Notes under the pieces: model-generated
Seen by the model: only the letters and a program-made list of their open reading frames with translations
Told to the model about the DNA's origin: nothing
The model's database searches: none
Made by a program: the position numbers and the translations under genes
NCBI GenBank assembly: GCA_963754925.1
Contig: CAVWHX010000008.1
Coordinates: 1-34,472 of the forward strand
Length of the DNA: 34,472 nucleotides
Direction: 5' to 3'
Source of the DNA: an uncultured delta proteobacterium
GTDB taxonomy: Bacteria; Myxococcota; B64-G9
Shown: piece after piece, positions 27,276-34,472 of the stretch
Position numbering within the stretch: the first letter of the stretch is position 1
Layout: every line of letters starts with the position of its first letter

Positions 27276-29233
27276 ATGGGAGATACGGCAGACGTAACCA
27301 TTACTTTTCCCGATGGCAGTAAGAATGCTATTGCCCGGGGGACAACGTTACAAGACCTAGCCAAATTACTTGGCGCCAAATTTTTAAAAGAATCTATCGC
27401 TGGGAAGATAAATGGCCGTCTGGTTGATCTCTCTACGTCGCTTGATCGCGATGCAACCATCGAACTCGTGCTCGAACATAATCCGGAGGCTCGCGCGGTC
27501 ATTCGCCACTCGACCGCCCATATTATGGCTTCCGCTGTCAAGGAGCTCTTTCCAACCGCAAAGGTAACCATCGGTCCGGCGATCGATGATGGCGTCAATG
27601 GTTTCTACTATGACTTCGATTACGAGCGCGGCTTCAACGAGCAGGATCTCGAACGTATCGCACAAAGAATGGACGAGATCATAAAGAAGGATGTGCCGTT
27701 TGAGCGTCAAGAAGTGAGCCGCGAGGAAGCTCGAAAGCTATTTTCGGATCAGGGTGAGAGTTACAAGCTCGAGCTTCTTGACGCTATACCGGCTGGCGAG
27801 AGCGTCTCGCTCTATCGCCACAACCATTTCGTGGATCTTTGTCGCGGCCCCCACTTGCCCTCTACCGGACGGGTTAAAGCCTACAAGCTTCTCGGCGTGG
27901 CTGGGGCATACTGGCGGGGTGATTCTCGCAACAAGATGCTGGCTCGGATTTATGGAACCGCGTTCGCCACCAAGGACGAACTGAAAAATCACCTCGCTCG
28001 AATTGAAGAGGCTAAAAAGCGCGACCATCGCTTACTTGGTAAGCAACTCGATTTGTTTAGTTTCAGCTCGGCCGTCGGTGGCGGGTTGGTATTATGGCAT
28101 CCAAAAGGGCAAAGGTACGTTACCTAATCGAAGAATTTTGGCGTCAGACGCATTTTGATTATGGCTACGAGCTGGTCAATTCGCCCCACATCGGTAAGGC
28201 CGAGCTGTGGGAGACGAGCGGTCACCTTTCCTTTTACCGTCAAAACATGTATGCACCCATGGAGATCGAGGGCAATCCATACTTTGTCAAACCGATGAAC
28301 TGCCCTTTTCATATTGAGATCTACCGTTCGAGGTTGCGTAGTTACCGCGATCTGCCGATACGCTTTGCCGAGCTGGGAACCGTATACCGCTACGAAGCCT
28401 CCGGCGTATTGCACGGGTTGATGCGGGTGCGCGGCTTCACCCAGGACGACGCCCATATCTTCTGCCGCGCCGATCAACTCGATCATGAGATCCGGCGCTG
28501 TCTCGATCACACGTTCTTTCTCTTGCGCGCCTTTGGTTTTGAAGAGTTCAAGATCTACGTCAGCACCCGACCGGAAAAATTCGTCGGTGAAGTCGCCGAT
28601 TGGGAGAAGGCCACCGAAACATTAACTTCGGCGCTTCAAAGCAGCAATCTGGCCTATGAGATCGATCCGGGCGAGGGGGTTTTTTACGGTCCGAAAATCG
28701 ATATCAAGATCAAAGATTCCTTAGGGCGAACGTGGCAGTGTTCCACCATCCAGGTGGATTTCAATTTGCCTCAGCGCTTCTCAATAGAGTATGTTGATCG
28801 GGACAACACCCGCCGTCAGCCCTTTATGGTGCACCGTGCCTTGTTGGGGTCGCTCGAGCGCTTTTTCGGGGTGTTGATCGAGCATCACGCCGGCGCGTTT
28901 CCGGTTTGGGTTGCGCCGGTGCAGGCGATTGTGCTGCCGCTCACCGACGGACAGGTTCCGTACTCGCGGTCGGTTGCACAAACACTGGCAGCGGCAGGCG
29001 TACGGGTTGAAGTGGACGAGCGCAATGAGAAGCTCGGGTATAAAATCAGAGAGGCTCAGCTCGCCAAGATTGCCTACATGCTCGTCGTCGGCAGGCGCGA
29101 GGTCGAGCAGGGTGGGGTGGCTGTACGAAAGAGGGACGGTCAGGATTTAGGCTTCATGCCACAAAACGAGGTGCTAGAAATGCTGAAAGAAGGCAGCACG
29201 TTTCCTCAGCGCCCCATTGTTAAGGAGGGGTAG
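27276..29233 (+). CDS. thrS: Threonine--tRNA ligase; apparent indel near 28110
   Basis: TGS domain, RHSTAH, DLCRGPH, AGAYWRGD, RDHR, KPMNCP, RVRGFTQDDAH, FYGPKID and HRALLGSLERF. Confidence 0.96.
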
Positions 29234-29235
29234 CC

Positions 29236-29976
29236 ATCAATATCGATCGCAGACCAAAGGGAAGGTTTCAGGGCGACGGAACGCGCGTAAATGAGGGTAT
29301 CCGCGCTCGAGAGGTTCGCGTGATCGCCGATGGCGGTAATAAGCTGGGGATTATGTCAACCGAGGATGCCATCCGAATCGCTCAGGAGCAGGGGCTTGAT
29401 TTGGTCGAGGTCGCGGCACAGTCGCGACCGCCGGTATGCCGGATCATGGATTATGGGAAGTTCAAATATTCCCCAAAAGAAAAAGACCCAGGGAACCAAA
29501 AAGCACGCGGCCGGTCAAACGGTAAAAGAAGTCAAATGCCCCCCAAGACCGAGGATCATGATTACCAGTTCAAGCTTAAGCACCTCGGTTTTTGATGGAA
29601 GGCGCCAAAGTAAAAGTGACCATACGCTTCCGCGGTCGCGAACTGGTCCATAAAGATATCGGTCTTGAGATGCTTGAACGGATTACCAAGGATGCCAACG
29701 AGATGGGTCTGGTGTCGTCGCCGGCTTTTATGGAAGGCAAGTTGCTTCAGATGGTGCTGACACCGTCGCCCAAGGCTTTGGTTATAAAACGCAACCGCGA
29801 CGAAGAACGCGAGCGAATCAAGGAAACCGAACGGGCCGAACGGAGAAAGGCCGGCCTGAAGAAGAACCGGAACCGACCGAAGAGCACACCGCGGGAGAAG
29901 AAAACCCGATGACGAGAGCTACGAAGAACAAGACGCTGACGAAGGCGATACCGATAAGGAGTCATCTGATGCCTAA
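29236..29976 (+). CDS. infC: Translation initiation factor IF-3 with ATC start and a long charged C-terminal extension; several apparent indels
   Basis: AAGGAGG then ATC at 29236, in frame with TRVNEGIRAREVRVI...LDLVEVA..SRPPVCRIMDYGKFKY. KVKVTIRFRGRE follows, and an acidic tail ends at TAA 29974-29976. Confidence 0.88.
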
Positions 29977-30166
29977 GCTGAAGACAAACAGTGGTGCAGC
30001 CAAACGCTTCAAGCTGACGAAGCGCGGTAACGTTAAATTCAAAAGGGCCAAAATGCGGCACATCCTTACCAGCAAGCCCAAGAAACAGAAGCGCCGGCTG
30101 CGCAAACCAGGTAAATTGGACAGCACCAATATAAAGCAGATCAAGCGTTTGCTTCCCTATGCGTAA
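29969..30166 (+). CDS. rpmI: 50S ribosomal protein L35
   Basis: MPKLKTNSGAAKRFKLT...RHILTSK..KQKRRLR...LLPYA. Confidence 0.96.
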   Translation: MPKLKTNSGAAKRFKLTKRGNVKFKRAKMRHILTSKPKKQKRRLRKPGKLDSTNIKQIKRLLPYA

Positions 30167-30177
30167 AGGAGTACCGT

Positions 30178-30523
30178 ATGCCCCGCGCAACTAATGCACC
30201 CGCTCGAAGACAGCGTAAGAAGAAAGTACTTAAGCGGGCGAGCGGCTTCTATGGGATGGGAAAGAGTTCGTTTCGCGTCGCTGCGTCTCAAGTGCGACGC
30301 GCGCTGGCCTATGCGTACGTTGGTCGCAAGGTAAAGAAAAGAGACTACCGTTCGTTGTGGAACGTGCGGATCAATGCCGGGCCAGGCAGACTGGCACCAC
30401 CTATAGCGAGCTCATAAGGGACTCGTGGACAAGAACGTGCTCTTAGACCGCCGTATTCTCGCAGATATAGCTTTACACGACCCAGTCGGGTTTACTAAGA
30501 TTGTCGAGTTAGCGCGCAGCTGA
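30178..30523 (+). CDS. rplT: 50S ribosomal protein L20; apparent indels near 30380-30420
   Basis: MPRATN...KKVLKRASGFYG...YAYVGRKVKKRDYRSLWNVRINAG, then LDRRILADIALHDPVGF to TGA at 30521-30523. Confidence 0.93.
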
Positions 30524-30547
30524 GTACCTTGGGTATTGGACACGCGC

Positions 30548-30924
30548 ATGAGCGAACCAACCGCAAGAGACCATTCTCTGCCGAATAAGGTCTATTTCAG
30601 GATCGGCGAGGTTAGTGAAATCGTCGGGGTCGAGCCGTACGTCCTGAGATATTGGGAATCAGAGTGCTGCGCTAAACCGGTTAAATCTCCCCACCCAGCA
30701 ACGTCTCTATCGGAAGAATGATATTGAGCTCTTACTAAGATCAAACGATTGCTCTATGAAGAGATGTTTACCATCGCCGGCGCCAGGAAACAGCCAGCCG
30801 GGGTGAACGAAGGGACGCATCGCCGCAGCTGAATCTGCGGCTGACGCCGGGCGCCGATGATAAGTTGCTGCAACTGATCGAGCGCGAGCTTAACGATCTC
30901 CTGCAACTTCTCGAAAAAAAATAA
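30548..30924 (+). CDS. MerR-family HTH regulator (the type usually downstream of ihfA); several apparent indels
   Basis: LPNKVYFRIGEVSEIVGVEPYVLRYWESE, then QRLYRKNDIEL and IKRLLYEEMFTIAGARKQ in shifted frames. Confidence 0.82.
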
Positions 30925-31080
30925 ATACATACGGTCTCACGTTTCTGTTGGTACGAGTCAACTCATCGCAGATGAAAAAAGACATTTGCGATAAAGTCAT
31001 CCTCGCGAAAGCGCCGCACGCCGCCTGCGCGGGAATGACCATTTTGACGGCGATCAGATTCATCTCGGTACTCATCGCTG

Positions 31081-31109
31081 TTGACACTCGAATTCACCAG
31101 TGCTACAAG
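31081..31109 (+). promoter_or_regulatory. Putative sigma70 promoter of tRNA-Pro
   Basis: TTGACA, 17 bp, TACAAG. Confidence 0.5.
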
Positions 31110-31150
31110 ACTTCGCGCGCTCGATGGCTAAGAAGTATTGCCGGCAGTGA

Positions 31151-31225
<75 letters not shown>

Positions 31226-31230
31226 TGTGA

Positions 31231-31268
31231 AGAGGACGTCTTGCAAAAAGGGCGTCCTCTCTTTTTTT
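31231..31268 (+). terminator. Intrinsic terminator after tRNA-Pro
   Basis: AGAGGACGTC / GGCGTCCTCT stem followed by CTTTTTTT. Confidence 0.8.
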
Positions 31269-31293
31269 AAAGCCGACAAGAGGGGAGTCAGTG

Positions 31294-31928
31294 CTATGCC
31301 GATCGCAGGCGCTGCTGCTCTTTGACCACGCTCCCAACATATTCATTGAGCGAAGCGATCACCGCGTCGACTTGCTCTTTGAGTTTTCCGAATTCCTCGG
31401 GTTGAAAAGATCCCAGTTCAACGAGTTGCTCATGTGGTCCTGAACCGCCATTAGTGCGCCGCGGCTCTCGAGGGCCCTATTGATACTTGCTCGAAAAGTT
31501 CCCTCGCCAAACCCCTAAGCCAACGCCGCCGTCACCGTTGTCGCTGCATGCTTTTATCGGCTTATAAGGTTCCCGCGCTCGCTATCGGGAAGACCGTTGG
31601 CCACCTGGTATAAGCGACTTCGTAACGCCTTCCCCAATTTGTAAGCAGGAATATCGCCAAACTTTTTATAGCCTCCCGGGCCGCTTTGGGAAGTAGCGAC
31701 GGCATAGAATAACTCGCCTTCTGATTTGGGCCGGCGCGCTGGTTGGTGCAGGGGCGCTCTATTTCGATGCCAAACCTTTGTCGTTGGCGTTGGCGCTGAC
31801 TCTGCCGCCGAGCGGGACTCATGGGTACGGAGATCATCCCCGAGGGGGCGATGTTGCTTATTGGCAGGGCGCCGCATAACAGACTGCGTGCGGCTTGGCT
31901 GCGTGCGGCCTGGGTGAGGACGACTCAT
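31294..31928 (-). CDS. Four-helix-bundle (23S rRNA IVP/Avd-like) protein with an Arg/Pro-rich N-terminal extension; interrupted by apparent errors
   Basis: Reconstructed as YKKFGDIPAYKLGKALRSRLYQVANGLPDSERGNLISRIKHAATTVTAALA*GFGEG...ALESRGAL...EQLVELG...VIASLNEYV. Confidence 0.62.
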
Positions 31929-31967
31929 TCGATTTTCCTCTTTTATTATCCAAGATTGTTCCACCTT

Positions 31968-32506
31968 TCAATGTTCGATACCTAGTCGGGCCTTTATACC
32001 ATGTTGATAAGGGTGTTTAATGAGCTTCATATCAGTGACTAGATTTGCCATGGCGATCAACTCCGAGGGGGCGTTTTCGTCCGGTTAGAATCAGCTCGAC
32101 GTGGGCAGGTTTGCTGCGAATAGTTTTAAAGAGATCTGCGAGCTTTATGAGTGCGAAATCGAGCGCCACGTTGATCTCGTCAAGTATCACAAGATCATGT
32201 AGACCGGCTGCGACCACGTGCTTAGCCAAGTTCAGTCCGTCCTGAGCGAGCGTGATGTCAATCGGATCGGATGTTTCTTCAAGAAACGAATGTTTTTCGT
32301 CCTACCTGGCGGATCTCGAATAACGGCATAAGCCTCTTTGCAGACTATAATTCGCCATACTCTCGATTGTCCTTCATAAACATAATCATAAACACCTTGA
32401 GGTCATGGCCCGCTGCTCGAAAAGCCTGCCCGAGCGCCGCAGTCGTCTTACCCTTGCCTTCACCGGTGTAAATCTGCAGGAAACCTTGTTCAAGTCGCTT
32501 AATCAT
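31968..32506 (-). CDS. cobO: Cob(I)alamin adenosyltransferase, CobA/CobO/BtuR type; interrupted by apparent errors
   Basis: QIYTGEGKGKTTAALG..FRAAGH, YGE, DLVILDEIN, ELILTGR and LVTDMKLIKHPYQHGIKARLGIEH. Confidence 0.88.
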
Positions 32507-32982
32507 CTGAACCTGACCTTTATTTGTAAGTGTTGCTAACACAAGCCTTCTATGAGTGTCAACCTTCAATAGGCTTAGATTAGAGTTGCACTGCAAATAA
32601 CTTGTAACAAACTGATATATTAGTACTTATCGAAATAAGGTCTTGACAGATAATGTTTGAGGTAGGAGTATCCTGCGTTGTTTGAAGATGAGAATAAACG
32701 ACTTTGCATATTGTATGGAGGTCTCCTCATGAATAGAATCAAAAAGAAACAAAATCTACAGAACAGAAAAACCACCGTGGGGTTTTAACATTTTCCAAAC
32801 GAAAGGTAACGTCCAGCGCCGGCCAATCGAAAAAGATTTCTTCAAAAATCCAAGATAAACAGGTAGCCAAGGATCGGGACCAAGTCACGTAAATTCGCGG
32901 TATTGATGAAGGTCATGAGAACAATCTCTTATCAACAACGATTTGATCCCCGCCAACACAGATGATCCTTTTCCGCCTTTTC

Positions 32983-33011
32983 TTGACACGTCCTTGTCCG
33001 GTTGATAGTTT
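32983..33011 (+). promoter_or_regulatory. Putative sigma70 promoter of the kinase gene
   Basis: TTGACA, 17 bp, TAGTTT. Confidence 0.45.
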
Positions 33012-33058
33012 TTTTTTTGTCGAAAAAACGCTCATCGTACCCATAGGGCATTGTCAGG

Positions 33059-34472
33059 ATGTCTCAACCGGTAAAATTCGGTAAATATTACTTAGTGGAA
33101 CGCCTCGCGGTCGGTGGCATGGCCGAGATATATAAGGCCAAGATGTACGGGGTGGACGCCTTCTGAAAAGCAAATGGTGGTCAAGCAGATTCTGCCCCAG
33201 TATGCGCGCAACCGCGAATTTGTCACCATGTTCATCGACGAGGCCAAGATAACCGTCTCGCTCTCACACGGAAAGATCGTACCGGTGTAGCGAGCTTGGA
33301 CAGATAGATGGAATCTACTTTCTTTCGATGGATTACGTCGATGGAAAAAATCTCGGAGAGCTCTCTGATGCCGGGATCGACGCGAAAGACATGCTCGCCG
33401 TCCCCGATGCCCTGTTCATTTCTCGCGAGGTCCTGGCTGGGCTTGACTACGCCCACCGTAAAACCGATGAGCGCGGCAATCCCCTCAATATTCGCCCCGA
33501 CTGCGTCGCTATTCTCCCCGAAAACGCTTATATTTTGTTCGAGGGTGAGGTAAAAATTGTCGATTTCGGCATTGCTCACGCCGCTACAAAAGTACATGCT
33601 ACTGAAAAAGCGCGCGTCATTAACGAAAATTTGGTTACATGTCACCGGAGCAGGCATTAGGAAAAGATGTCGACGCCCGCAGCGACATCTTCACCGCCGG
33701 CATCTTGTTGTGGGAAATGCTGACTCTCGAGCGGCTATTCGGTGGAGAATCCGACTCCGAGGCGTTGGATAGAATCAAGCGAGCCGACGTGCCGCCTCCT
33801 TCAACGATTAATCCCAACTTACCGCCCCAACTCAATGAAATAGTTATCAAGTCACTCGCCTGCGATCCCGATAAGCGGTTTCAATTAGCGGGGGAAATGC
33901 AACTGGTGCTTTCTCGATTTTTATATGGTTTACCGGTTGAAGCCTCATCAAAGACGCTTTCGGCCTATCTTCAAAGACTTTTCGCTCAAGATATCGCCAA
34001 GCGCCAAAACCAACCTGAGCAAGCCGTACCGCCGACGCCGTACGAAGAGGGTCTTCCTCCCAACGCACCCGAGCCGCACGCAGCCAAGGTTTATGGAAAG
34101 AAACCTCTTGCGGATCAAGCTGCCGATTTGATTTCCAACCCTAATCCCGTCGCGATGGCACCACGTGTCGTGCGCGCCAAACCGCTGAGTCTGCCGCTGT
34201 CAACGGTAGAAGAAGATGTTGAAGACAATTTTAGCTACGACAAAACCTGGGCCTGGCTTCGCTGGCTGATTGTTGCCGGGACCATCAAGCATTTGTTGGG
34301 GGGAGGGGGGGTTCTCGCGCGCCATCAGATCGCTAGAGTTTTTGGTGTCCTTCACTATTTCATGGATTGCTCGGTCGAACGCCTGGTCAAGAAGGAGCTG
34401 GGTACCTTGTTGATCCGCACGCAACCGACCGGAGCATCGGTTTATTTCGACAACCAAAAGGTCGGCACCACC
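33059..34472 (+). CDS. Membrane-anchored Hanks-type Ser/Thr protein kinase with a PEGA domain (3' partial; many apparent errors)
   Basis: FGKYYLVERLAVGGMAEIYKA, VVKQILP, MFIDEAK, MDYVDG, VKIVDFGIA, PEQALG, DARSDIFTAGILLWEML, a hydrophobic segment, then QPTGASVYFDNQKVGTT (PEGA-like). Confidence 0.88.

Noticed and set aside
28090..28130. Programmed frameshift or naturally split thrS
   Set aside because: Similar breaks occur in many unrelated genes. A single missing base in a short run explains it.
31294..31928. Diversity-generating retroelement
   Set aside because: There is an Avd-like fold only; no reverse transcriptase or TR/VR repeat pair is visible.
31500..32350. In-frame TAG codons in the four-helix-bundle gene (ALA*GFG) and cobO (YGEL*SA), suggesting amber recoding or pyrrolysine
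   Set aside because: TAG ends mazF, thrS and other genes at the expected positions, no pyl genes are seen, and the region is error-rich.
33480..33545. Pseudokinase lacking the HRD motif
   Set aside because: The local sequence looks like a garbled HRDxSPxN in the most error-dense part of the window, so it cannot be judged.

Overview
Bacterial chromosomal window from a Myxococcota/deltaproteobacterial-type organism, probably an anaerobe. The taxonomy is inferred from a stand-alone MshEN protein, a eukaryote-like Ser/Thr kinase with a PEGA domain, and an IF3 with an ATC start and C-terminal tail. The sequence carries many single-base indels that split essential genes (thrS, infC, rplT), and they become denser toward the right end. 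They look like long-read errors, so split genes are treated as single CDSs. Left to right: (1) 1-2417, distal end of an integron cassette array (three intact and two degraded attC sites; cassettes for a hypothetical protein, a lipoprotein, a PIN protein, a truncated nuclease-like gene and a self-promoted MazEF-type TA). (2) A cell-wall-related divergon: PDZ lipoprotein, a cryptic RelA/SpoT-synthetase-like protein and alr on minus, facing a lytic transglycosylase, with a palindrome over the promoter. (3) HExxH protein, MshEN protein, steroid 5-alpha-reductase, MFS transporter and a TIM-barrel enzyme. (4) An AT-richer islet with a lipoprotein and a large Zn-phospholipase-C-like protein. (5) An operon joining a four-subunit 2-oxoacid:ferredoxin oxidoreductase to a HydABC/NuoEFG-like, probably electron-bifurcating module with no hydrogenase catalytic domain. 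(6) bcp, a solenoid-repeat protein, then tRNA-Val, thrS, infC, rpmI, rplT, a MerR-like gene and tRNA-Pro, with pheST-ihfA missing. (7) A four-helix-bundle protein, cobO and a Ser/Thr kinase running off the end. All family calls come from motif recognition by eye; no database search was run.
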